DNA of 62,917 bases, counting the filler, from Pelomyxa schiedti (Eukaryota; Protista; Evosea), in assembly GCA_020536535.1 (NCBI GenBank). It is 3 parts of 3 records of this genome, joined end to end, with 100 filler letters (N's around TTAATTAATTAA, not from the genome) between each part and the next. Parts side by side here need not be neighbours in the genome. Positions count along the whole stretch, not along the records: positions 31,299 to 58,204 come from JAHLWZ010001036.1; 2 more parts are not named here. One strand, given 5' to 3'. The notes under the pieces are model-generated. The model searched no databases. It was not told where the DNA came from and saw nothing but the letters and a program-made list of their open reading frames with translations. Below are positions 37,783-48,515 of the stretch, in pieces. Position 1 is the stretch's first letter. Each line of letters starts with the position of its first letter. The position numbers and the translations under genes are program-made.

Positions 37783-40230
37783 ATGACACGATGGAACTTA
37801 GCTTTCGTTTTGGTAGTGTTGGTGGGGCTGTCGCAGTGCAGTGGAGCTTATGGGAATGAGGCCAGGATTGAGTTGCACATGACTGGAGAGCCAGGGGTGA
37901 TGTTGTGGTCATTGGACGCCACAGGCCTCACACAGGTTCTTTTTTTGTTGTCGTTGTAAAACTCTCTTCGTGTTTTTGTTTTGGAATTTGTTAGTTAAGA
38001 GTGCTTTGGCAGACTGTGGATATCCCAGTGCGATATATTCCCAAGAGTCTGGGAACTGGCGGAGCCTCGATGTTCAGGGTTATTGATATGGAAGGGAACA
38101 AATGTGAGTATAAAGGTCTGATCAGGAAGGTTGACCCAAATGCAATGGTATGGAATTGTCCAACTGTGGGATTCTGGGGCCTAAGTACCTGTGAAGGTCC
38201 AAGTTAAGCCTGGTGACTCCCTGAAATATACTGTTGATCTCACCCGCCTCTATGAATTCGAGCAGTAGTCTTCCTCTCATCCTTAACACTGCTAATATCT
38301 CCCAAAAAAGCCCTGGTTCCTATTACGTGACCTTTCCAACCAGGACTATACACACCCACCAAGGAGATATTATCTTATCTTTTGGAACTCCTAAAACCTT
38401 TTTCATGCCTCATGCATCATCACCACCTCTTCCTCCACAAGCATCACATGACCTTGACCTTGGCCTACCCTCTACTTCTATTAGCTTTACGACTGTTGGG
38501 TGTTCTGATCAAAATCCTAAACTGACAGCCTTGATCAGAGAACCTCTTTTCAGGCTATACAATGGTTTAACTCTTGTTACATCAGAGACTCCTTATCCTA
38601 GTTTCTTTTCTTCCTTCTTTGGGGTACCTATTTTTTTCTGGATTCCTTGAGTGTAACTGTTTATTAGGAAGAATCCACCAGTTCTTGGGAAACAGTACAA
38701 GGTCACTATCAAGCAGTCAAAGATACCTTGGAGTCTTCCAATGTGAGACCTAACTGTGGTGGAGATCAGTGTGATGCAATTACTTATGCATATGTGTTTC
38801 CAACCGATGTAAATCATAATATCTACTTGTGCGATGTCTACTTCGGGAGTGATATAGTACTTCCCATATCAGGTTTCATATTGTGCAACTTATTATATAG
38901 TACTATGGAAACTATGACACCTGCTCTGGTACACTGCTGCATGAGACCCTCCATTTTAGTGACGTTGTTGGCACATTGGATTTCGCTTATGGAGTTGATG
39001 ACTGCCATAACTTGGCAGAAACAAATCCAACTCAAGCAATGCTGAATTCTGACAGCCACCAATACTATCTAGAAAGCCACTGGTTATTAACTCCGTGCGC
39101 GTGGATAAACAATTGCGATGACTGCGGCTCTGAGGTCTGCGCTGAATTCCCACTCTCATTTTCCCACTTTTCTTTCAGACAGGTTGCTCATGGTGTGTGG
39201 ATGAGGAGGGGTTTGGGATGTGTGTGCAGAGCTCTCCTTTTTACGGCGTCTGCCCAGATCTAAATCCCAGCTGCGTAAGCTTCCCTTGTGGGATATTTTT
39301 TGATCCCTCCTAAACCACACTGTAGACCATTTCCAGCGACCCATGTGCTTCCTATTCGACCTGTGATACGTGCACTGAAGGTGTTTTTCCGTTAGAGACA
39401 TTCTCAAATAACCCAAACAGACAAGGATTGTGGGTGGTGTGACGAAGCATGTGTTAGCGGCAACTCTGTTGGGCCAGCCGACCACGTGTGCTCCACATAT
39501 AACTACTTTTCATGCGAGGCGGATTGCTCCTCAGCAACCAACTGTAGTTCATGTGTTATGAGAGATTGTGGGTTCTGTGCATCTACCCAGACTTGTGTAT
39601 GAGACGAATTGGGTATCTTACTGCGATTATCTCACTTCTGCGGTAGGTGCCTGGGACTTTCGTAGGCGCCGAGAATACTTGTGACCATTTTCAGTACCTC
39701 TTTTGTGAGTGTTCCGCAGGCGCAAAGTGCTCTGATTGTTTTGGTACGTGGAACCGAGGTGCGAGTGGTATAATGTGATTAATACCTTTTTTTTTTTCTT
39801 ATCAGAGATCTCCTCCTACTGTGGATGGTGCTCATCAAACGACTTTTGTGCTTCTGGAACAAGCCCAGGTATCACGAACCTACTCAAACACAATATCTTA
39901 TTGCTTTTGAAATGACAATACAATGCAGGACCTTACTACACTGATGAATGCCCCTCCAGCAGTTCTTGGTTCTACAACACCTGCCCGTGCGATTATGACA
40001 CAGAGGATGATTGCCTCACTGAACAGGGGCAGTGCGGGTGGTGCAATGACGATGGTTCGTGCAACGCTGGGAATGAAAACGGCCCATTTCTTGTCGGTTG
40101 TGACAGCTGGTATGTAGACTCCCCAGTTCCGTTTCTTTCCTAACCAGTATCTAGGTTTGGAGTAAGTTCTAGCCATGCTCCGTACTTATTATTATTGCTG
40201 GGCACATTACTCGCGGTGCTAGTCATGTGA
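37783..40230 (+). CDS. M35 (aspzincin, lysine-specific metalloendopeptidase-like) protease with Cys-rich PSI-like repeats and a GPI-type C-terminus
   Basis: Signal peptide 'MTRWNLAFVLVVLVGL', 'YAYVFP...IYLCD', 'GTLLHETLHF..VVGTLDFAYG', 'NSDSHQYY'. Repeated CGWC/CGFC/CSWC motifs. Hydrophobic tail 'YLLLLLGTLLAVLVM*'. Confidence 0.85.
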
Positions 40231-40375
40231 TTCACCCCAATCCTCCTCATCCAGAGCGGAAACTCTTTCCCGTAAACGGATTTAAAAAAAAAAAAAACGA
40301 TAGAAAAGAGAGAAATTAAGGTGCAACTGAAACGCGATAATTTTTGGGCTTAATTTCGCGTGAAGGCGAGGTGCG

Positions 40376-41375
40376 ATGGGTAAAGCACGAAGAAAAAGAG
40401 CGAACAGTAAAGCGTGGAGGACAAAGTCACGTGTCAAGGCCCCCAATAAATTGAGCACCACAGATTTTTCTTTTAAACACATTCAGGTTTGTCCTTTTCT
40501 CGTTGTTTCTACTAGGGCCTTTTTTTTTAATATACAAAACCCCTTGGGTCAAACCAACATGTATATTCCCAAATAGCCACAATGGAACAAGACTGATAGA
40601 CCCACACTCAACAAAACTTTCAACTCGTTTGGGCTCAACCCTAACCCAAACACGGTCACGAAACACGTGGCGCCCCATGTGGCACGCAAAATCATGGAAT
40701 CAGAAGGACCACTGAAGTACTCTAAAGATCACAGCAACTTAGTGCACGACTGGATTCACTCCACCATCACACCTCCGGTTGCCACTGAGGTCAAGAAATC
40801 GCGCCCAAGCCCGTCGGAGTGGTTGCGGCTGAAACCACAAGTCCCACCTCTGCAAAAAACCACAAAACTCACATGGAAGAAGACTCAGAGTCCCTCCGCG
40901 GCCGAGAGTGATGATGACGACGAAAGCTCTACTGCTGCTACAATTGCAAACCCCGTCACTCTTCTACCACTTCCAATTCCAAGGGGTGCAACAAGAGCAG
41001 AGATAACACAAATCCGGCAACGCAACTCCCTACTTGACCAAGTTTACTCAAGTGACCCACACGATGCCGTAAACAGGAAGAAACGCAAACAAGCAGGCAT
41101 TCTGCGAAAGCTTGAGAAAGTGGCCTCGGTACCGGAGCGCAAAGCACCCAAAAAAATGCCATGGCGGGACAGGTGCTACATTTCAGCACTGATTTCAAAG
41201 TACAAAAATGACTATGACATGATGGCTCGGGACATTACCTTGAATTACAACCAGCTCACTCCAAACCAGATAGAAAGAAAGATACGCCTATGTAAGTTTT
41301 ACATCCTCACTTTGCCGTAAGGCAGGCATAAAACTCACCACACCAACAGACAAACAACTTCGTCCAATCTTCTAG
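40376..41375 (+). CDS. NOP16: Ribosome biogenesis protein Nop16
   Basis: Basic N-terminus. C-terminal 'YISALISKYKNDYDMMARDITLNYNQLTPNQIERKI'. Confidence 0.8.
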
Positions 41376-41564
41376 TACCAGTTTACCCCAAGATTACGGC
41401 ATATTTTGGAGTTTGCTCCTCTGTCTTATATAACCACTACAGGGAGATAAAAACAAATTCCCAAGTCTGCCATCATAGTTGAGAGATGTGCTTCCAAACT
41501 AGAAATAGAAGCACTTTTTTTACATTTCTACGCAACTTGGGAGTCATTCTCCGAAACTGAATTG

Positions 41565-42665
41565 ATGGGTCACGTTGTGTGGCTCTTGGTTTTGGCGGTT
41601 GTCTTGATAACTGGCACTAGCGGTGATGATAGTCCCACAATAGTGTTTACTGCAGGCGAGAGTTCCTACCAGTGTTATCGCATCCCGGCACTTGTGTACC
41701 TTGCCTCCACCAACACCCTGCTTGCATTTTCAGAGGCACGAAAGTACAGTTGCTCTGACGACGGCTACATCGACTTGGTTCTCAAAAGGTCACTGGACCT
41801 GGGAGTCACCTGGGGCCCAGTTGAGCTCGTCAGGTCCGAATCCACGGCCGCCTCCAACGTCACCGTCGGCAACCCCGCGCCCGTACCCGTCCCGTACGCC
41901 GCGGGCGATTATGGGAGCACCACCGCCGGGGAGGCCGTCGCGCTGCCCTACTGCGTCGACAACGAGAGGGCGTTCGTGATGCTCAGCAGCGACGGCGGCG
42001 AGTCCTGGGGCCCGCCCGAGGAGCTCCCCCTGGCCGGCTCGTGGGGCGGCGGCTGGGTGGCCACCGGGCCCCCCGGGAGCCTCGCGCTGCAGTCCGGCCA
42101 GCTGCTGGTCCCCGGCGACCACAGCCGCGGCGCCGCGGGGGCCCAGATCGACTCCCACGTGTGGGTCGGATACCCAGGAAAGGGCTGGGCCGTGGGAGGC
42201 ACCGTGGACGGCGGGAACGAGTGCCAGGCCGCGCAGGTGCCGGACGGCACCGTGCTGCTTTCGATGAGGAGCTCCTCGTCCTTGTACAAGGAGCGGCTCT
42301 TTGCCACAAGCTACGACGAGGGACAGACATTCACCGCTGCCAAGGGGGCCAGCCCGGCCCTCCCGGACCCCAATTGCGAAGGCAGCACTATCTCAGCCGG
42401 CTCCGATTCCGAACTCCTTCTACTCTCCAATCCATCATCCTCCACTTCGAGGAAAAACCTCATGGTGCACTACTCATCCAACAACGGTACAACTTGGGAG
42501 CCTCTTGTCACTTTGTGGGCTGGAAATGCAGCCTATTCCTCTTTGGCTATGCTGTCTAGCTCGACAGCCGCTTGCCTGTTTGAACCTCTGGACTATTCCC
42601 CGGACTACACCTACGGCTCAATTGCATATGTAACATTTAACTACCAAACCTCAACAAGAAAATAG
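41565..42665 (+). CDS. GH33 exo-alpha-sialidase, secreted, intronless
   Basis: Signal peptide, 'YRIP', Asp-boxes SLDLGVTW/SSDGGESW/SYDEGQTF/SSNNGTTW, 'ECQ', 'SMR', 'AAYS'. Confidence 0.92.
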   Translation: MGHVVWLLVLAVVLITGTSGDDSPTIVFTAGESSYQCYRIPALVYLASTNTLLAFSEARKYSCSDDGYIDLVLKRSLDLGVTWGPVELVRSESTAASNVTVGNPAPVPVPYAAGDYGSTTAGEAVALPYCVDNERAFVMLSSDGGESWGPPEELPLAGSWGGGWVATGPPGSLALQSGQLLVPGDHSRGAAGAQIDSHVWVGYPGKGWAVGGTVDGGNECQAAQVPDGTVLLSMRSSSSLYKERLFATSYDEGQTFTAAKGASPALPDPNCEGSTISAGSDSELLLLSNPSSSTSRKNLMVHYSSNNGTTWEPLVTLWAGNAAYSSLAMLSSSTAACLFEPLDYSPDYTYGSIAYVTFNYQTSTRK

Positions 42666-42685
42666 GGTTCTTTTTATGTTTGCTA

Positions 42686-44296
42686 TTACAACAACCCTTC
42701 ACGTGATAGAAGCCAGTTACAGGCAGCTTCGTAGCTGCCATTTGTTGCTGCCAGTGCTTGTTGCACTCTCTCTTGTGAGAATCCCATTTCTTGAAGTTGC
42801 CGCTGTATCTAGGGGGAATTAGCAGGAATGTGGAAAGAAGAATGCTCACTGCTGCAGGGTCTGCTGTGAAAGTAGGTGGTGGTGGTGGGCGAAGCATAGA
42901 AGCAAAACTTTCTGGTGTGATGGGTGAGTCAAGTGTGGGATCCCGGTCTTCCATATGATCCAGCAGCCACTCCATAGCAAGCTCGGGATTCTTTCTTGGT
43001 AGGAGTCAGAGGAATAATAGAAATGAAGTTTTTTACCTGTTCAAAAGTAGTGCCCGTGTTGCTCTATTAGAATTGAAACCAGCTTCAGTGAGTTGGCTCA
43101 CAAGCCCTGGGTCTACAGACAAAGGATCAACCTTGATTGCGTAACATATTAAAAATCGAAAAAAATTGGGAACATACGAGAGTTGGAGGATTAGGTATTG
43201 TTGATGGCCTTGTTGAGCTTCGAAAATCCTTTTTTTGACCAATGTAAGGAGGTGGAGAAAGTGATAGAACATACAAATGGGAGTGCGCCAGGGAAGTCAG
43301 GCATATTTGAGAAGTCAGAGGGGCTCAACATAGGATTTGAGGGTGGGACGACAAAGGGAGACGAAAGCTGTGGTGAAGCAGGTACATTAAAAAGGCTCCC
43401 CCATCGACCCTGTGGATTTGGAGATGGTGTGGGAGATGGAGCTGGATTTCCAAACAATAAAGATTGTGGCTTGGGTGATGGTGGCTGGTCAGGAAGAGCA
43501 CTCCTTTGATTTTTTGTAAAAAAAAAAAAAAAAGGAAAAGTAAGATTGGGTCAAATGTTTGGAGTGAAAACAAACTTGGCTGTGAAAACCACAATGGAAT
43601 CTTTTATATAAAGAAGGAAACTTGTAAGTGAAATGATAGGTAGCAAAAGGGAGACAACCATTTTCCTTTATGCAATATTCGAGCAACATTGCGCTATCTG
43701 CCAAAATTTTGCCCTTGTGGGCCATAGCCATATCCGCTCTCGGAGCAGATGTCTCCCTATGCACAAGGTCTTTGAATTCCCTCACCTTCATGGTGGGATC
43801 CACCTTCAGCTCACGGAGGCCCCCCCCCCAGAGTTTTTGCTTGTACGGTAAACGAGGGCAGTAGTGGCAAGCCTCCACCGCTCGATGACCAAGAGCCCGT
43901 CCAAGACGGCGAACTTGGTACGTACGATGGGCTCGACGGTGTAAAGAGACCGGAAGAGGATATGTACGATGGCGTCGAAGGCTGTAGGGGCTGTATGGGC
44001 TGGTATCCAAGCTGCACGTACTGCGGGTGGGCCGACGGGTACGGCGGGTACATGCCGAACGTGGGACTGCCGTTTGAGGACGAAACAGGAGGCGGAAGAT
44101 GCGGCAGTCCCCCCCCAAGTCTCAAGGCATTACTAGGAGATCCTCGACCAAGAGAGGCGTTATATTCGGAGATGTTGCCGTTGCCGTTCGCGTTTCCGTT
44201 GTTGTTGCCGCCGCCGTTGAAAAACGGGGGAGGAGGACCACCGCCAAAGAACGTGTGTCGGAATCTAGTTCCCTGAGGTGGAGGCGTAGGTTGCAT
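42686..44296 (-). CDS. UBL-UBA-UBA protein (UBAC1/KPC2-like)
   Basis: UBL 'LKVDPTMKVREFKDLV...HKGKILADSAMLLEYCIKE'. UBA1 'QLTEAGFNSNRATRALLL..AMEWLLDH'. UBA2 'LQEMGFSQERVQQAL...EAACNWLL'. Confidence 0.78.
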
Positions 44297-44492
44297 GTGT
44301 TGGTTTTATTGGAGATTTGATTATTAGCTTTGTAGCAACGCTGTCGTCTGCGTGTCCGGCAACAGATGCCAAAGCCAATTTTTCTTGTTGACAAGAAAAA
44401 ATAAATTCGTTTCGCTCCGTTTGATCCAAGTTGAGTTGTCATACTGATGATCAGTCGACCTCTGGATGTTGTCACATACACAACCGAATGAA

Positions 44493-47066
44493 ATGGACGA
44501 GGACCAGAGGCGGATCCACGTGTCCCAAGTCGCATCTACGACCAAGGTGCGTTCCCCTCTTTGCCGCACTGTTGTAACTTGCTGATGCAGAGATCTGACG
44601 CTCGGTTGTCGTTTGTGTCTTTATCTCCACGTGGGAACTTATTAGCGACTGTGCAGCATAGCGACGGCGAAAGTGAATGCGAAGTTGTTGTGTATCGTTG
44701 CCCCTCGTGTGAGGTTTGTGCCACATGGACTCTTACCGAATCCGAGACTATATCTTCGTTGGCATGGCGCCCTGATGGTTTCTTTCGTGTCCTGCACTGG
44801 TTTCATCTAAGTGTGAAACAGGGAAAGCTTTGGCGTGTTTGGTGGAGAGAGGCTGCATGCTTTATAGAATAGAAGATGGTGCTGTGTGGAGTTTCCCATT
44901 TCCAGCCTATTCTGAAATCATATCTTCATTGGCCTGGTTTGAACTGCATAACTTTCCGTTTTTACCAGAAGTATTTTTTTCCTACTCTTCTTCATTACAA
45001 TAACCAGGAGTAAAGGGCTCTGTCTTGGAACAATCTTTTCCCCAACTGTACTTTCTCTGCCTTGCGCATCTCCAATGTTACTTACTATTAATCTCACATA
45101 TCAGTGACAAGAAATCAAGTGCTACTGATCCCTGCACATTTCTCCCTCGCAGAGGAGAGAATTTGACTGTGCTGGTTGCATACAGTACCAGTGGAACTGC
45201 TTTCCTATAGTATCCTCCACACATTGTTTTATGTCTCATTGGACAAGTTTTTCTGGTCTCGTTTTCGTAACCATGTTAAGAATTTCCCCCAAACTATGTG
45301 GGTTGACAATGAATGAGAGAAATTCTATCTTTGCCATTTCACAAGGTATCCAGGCTTACATTTTGATTGAACTGAGTGAGTTTGGAGAAACTGCAAGTCA
45401 AGTCATTCAAACTACTGTTGACACCTGGGAAATGTTTCATTTACCATATATCTCTGACTGCACCGTGTGCATAGTTTGTATTCAACATGCTTTGTCACAT
45501 ATGTTGGCTTCCTTAGAATCAGTTCGTGATAAGTAGGGTTCCAACATTTCAGTTTGTTTTGAGAAAGAAAAAGGTGGAAGGATATCCAACTTTTACAGAA
45601 GAAAATTATCTCCGATCTTTCACGTTCCCTGAAAAGTATCTATTCTCTCCACACATGCTTTTCTTACTGACTTTTTGTAGATAACTCAATTTCTACTACA
45701 CCACAATGTGCTCTTCTTGAATTGTTGTGTTCAGGTACTTTGAATCCTGCCCTCTCGTATTTCACAGCAATCGGACAGGTTCTCATTGTCTCTTTTAATT
45801 CAATTTCCTTGACTGTTATAGATGTCGTTCAAGAAAATACTTGATATACTCTCAAGTTTACATCAGATTCTCTTCACGCATGTTCAGCCGTCAATTGAAC
45901 ATATACTTGTGCATACCGGGAAATTGCATAGATTCTTTAACAAGTAGAAAGCAAGTCATTTCCCTATATTGCACATAACTTGACCTCTAATATAGCTGTC
46001 CCCAATTGTCCTGTATGGCAGTAAAAGCACAATTCCTCCCCTTCCTTGATCACACAACGAATTTTATGGTCTCTGCTGTACAAGCCTCCCTTGAAGTTGT
46101 TGGCCTTAAGGAACTTTTCTCCTCAACGTTAAAGTGGATGCAAATTGGTTTTGGTCCCACTATTAAACTCCTTAAATAACATATTACAAGTGAAGTCCCT
46201 GAATTCACCAGATCCTGTGAAAGCTTGCCAGTACAAAAGTGTTGATTATTTCACTGCTCAGCAAGTGTGCAACTTTATTTCTGACTGTGCTAGTGTACCA
46301 TCATTGCAAATTCTACTAAGTTTGTGGTTTTCAAACACTTTTTTACAATCTTACTTGGAAATTAGGCAATTCAGAATCAACCTACCTCTCCTCTGTGAAT
46401 GAGTTGCTGACTGAGTCTCTTAGTGAGGCATCGCATTCACTGCTTCATCTGAGTCAAATACATTTGTCAATTCCCTATCCTATCCGGCAATTTTGTGCCC
46501 ATCGTAATGTAAATGGGACTGGGACGATTGCCCTTTTAGCCAACAGTACTTCAGAATTTCATATTATTATCATTCTAAAGATTCAAGATATTGCGGTACA
46601 CTTATTGGTCTCACAGGACACTCTATCTGGAACAACTCCCTCTCATTTACCACTTACCATACCGACTTCTATTGGTGAGCTGGCTCGCAAGCCCTCTATT
46701 ATTTCCCCAGATCCTGAACAAGGTGGGGCAATACTGTCAAAACTTCATCTCAAATGGGTTGGACTCCCCCATTTGCCTCAGGAGATATGCCCTGTAAACC
46801 CAGAATTGGTAACCATTTTACTGCATGAAAATGAAGAAGGTTCGCGATCTTCGTCTCCCATCTCCTTACCTCTGTGCAGACCATGTACTGGTAGCAAGCA
46901 CCAAGACCGGCACAGAACTGGTTTTATCAGAAGACAGGAAAGAACCCATTGCAATGGTACGGTTTGAACATTGCTTGACCACTCTAACCTCTTAACAGAC
47001 AAACCAAAAGCCACAGACTTGTGCCCATGTGTACAGCTCCCGTCTCAACTTACATGAAAAATGTAA
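44493..47066 (+). CDS. Anaphase-promoting complex subunit 4-like (ANAPC4 WD40 N-terminus); many short exons, 3' end approximate
   Basis: 'SPRGNLLA...VVVYR...ISSLAWRPDG|KALA' matches the APC4 WD40 start; the remainder is divergent. Confidence 0.55.
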
Positions 47067-47376
47067 GTTGGAGATTTCTGGAGAAGGACCTCTTTTCTAC
47101 AGTTGTCTGTCCACACCCCACTCTTTTACCATGACTCATTTTTCCTTGTCATCCTAAAACAAATTTCAGTTTTCAAATTTTTCTTTTTTTTTTTTTTAAC
47201 CCAAAACAAAAACAAAAAGAACATGAAACCAAAAGGGAGGTATTCCACATGACGTTGTGCAATCGTGGGAGAACTGTAATCACCCCACTGTTGCACAAAA
47301 TCACCCTTTGCACTTGCCTTGCCGGTGTATGAAATACCTCCCTAATTGGTTCGGCACCATAAGGGCAGCAGGCTTA

Positions 47377-48060
47377 TCACGAAGAAGCAGCCTGGCGGCA
47401 CACAGACTGCCAAGCGGTGATGGCGGGCATAGCGGCCTGAATTGCCCTGGCGCGCTTCTCCTCCATGTCAGAGAACTTGTTCACAAAGTCGCGGAGCGGC
47501 ATGGTGCGGCCTGGGCCCAGCGAGACGACCACCGAGGGGCCGCCGCCCTCCAGCAAGCAAGTCATGCGGCGGGCCCCGAAGCACAGCGCCCCGTCGGCGC
47601 GGGTCACCTGCCTCACGGCCACGCCCGTCGGGTGCCTGGCGAAGTACCTGGCCACCTCGCTGTCCACGGGCCCGCGGGGCACCGCCTTCTCCCCTGGCTG
47701 CTGTGGCTGCTGCTGCTGCGGGGCCCTGCGCGGCGCCATCGGCCTGCGCTCGATGGGCTTGTGGGGCTTGACTTTGACCTCCTGCCAGTCATCCTGCTCG
47801 CCGCCCTCGAACATGTTCCAGGAGCCCCCCTCGTCGTCTTCGGCGTAGCCCTCGTCGCCGCCGCTGGGCTCGACGGGGGCCGGGGCGTTCATGGCCTCCC
47901 TCTCGGTGTCCAGGAGCAGCTCCTCGGTAGGCTGCTCGTCGTCCGCGGCGGCCTTGGCCTCGACCACCTCATCGCGCTCCTCGTCGCTGTTGTAGTCGTC
48001 CCATCCGCCTTCCTCGGTGGCGGGGGTGGGCTTCGCCTGCGTCGCGGGCTTCTTGCTCAT
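47377..48060 (-). CDS. Small protein with an acidic N-terminus and a GAS2/GAR-like C-terminal domain
   Basis: 'VDSEVARYF...VRQVTRADGALCFGARRM...VVVSLGPG.TMPLRDFVNKF' resembles the GAR consensus. Confidence 0.6.
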   Translation of the reverse strand: MSKKPATQAKPTPATEEGGWDDYNSDEERDEVVEAKAAADDEQPTEELLLDTEREAMNAPAPVEPSGGDEGYAEDDEGGSWNMFEGGEQDDWQEVKVKPHKPIERRPMAPRRAPQQQQPQQPGEKAVPRGPVDSEVARYFARHPTGVAVRQVTRADGALCFGARRMTCLLEGGGPSVVVSLGPGRTMPLRDFVNKFSDMEEKRARAIQAAMPAITAWQSVCRQAASS

Positions 48061-48515
48061 TTCTTGATGTTTAATTTATTGTTTTTTTTCCTTTCCCTTT
48101 GGGCTTTTTCTTTTTTAGTTTTTTCGTTTTCTAACGGTTTTTTTTTTTCTTTCCTCGTCAGGAATTGTTTGGTTGTTGGATGCTGCCAGCAGTTCTGATG
48201 AGCACCTCATCGCTCAAGACGGAAAAGTGGATTTGTGATCCCAAATGTAGGGTCTGGTTCCAGTGGGATCAAGCCAGGCTTAACTTCATTTCTCGCAGCT
48301 TGAAATGTGACCCTCTGAGAACAATCACCGAAAAACCGAGGGCTCCGGGGGTTGGAGTTTTCTGCACACGAACACCCCTTCTCGTGACCACGATTTGGAA
48401 CCTTTCTCTTGTACTTCTTGTTTCACCTTGCCCAGATTCAGAAACACCTTTTTGCCTTCCCTGAACAAACAATTACAGTGGACTTTCGTTGGCCACAGAA
48501 GAAAAAACAAACCAA

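Noticed and set aside
47257-48198. Long antisense ORFs in GC-rich exons (also 55625-56704, 41790-42330, 4962-5672)
   Set aside because: These are expected from stop-codon scarcity opposite GC-rich or repetitive coding sequence.
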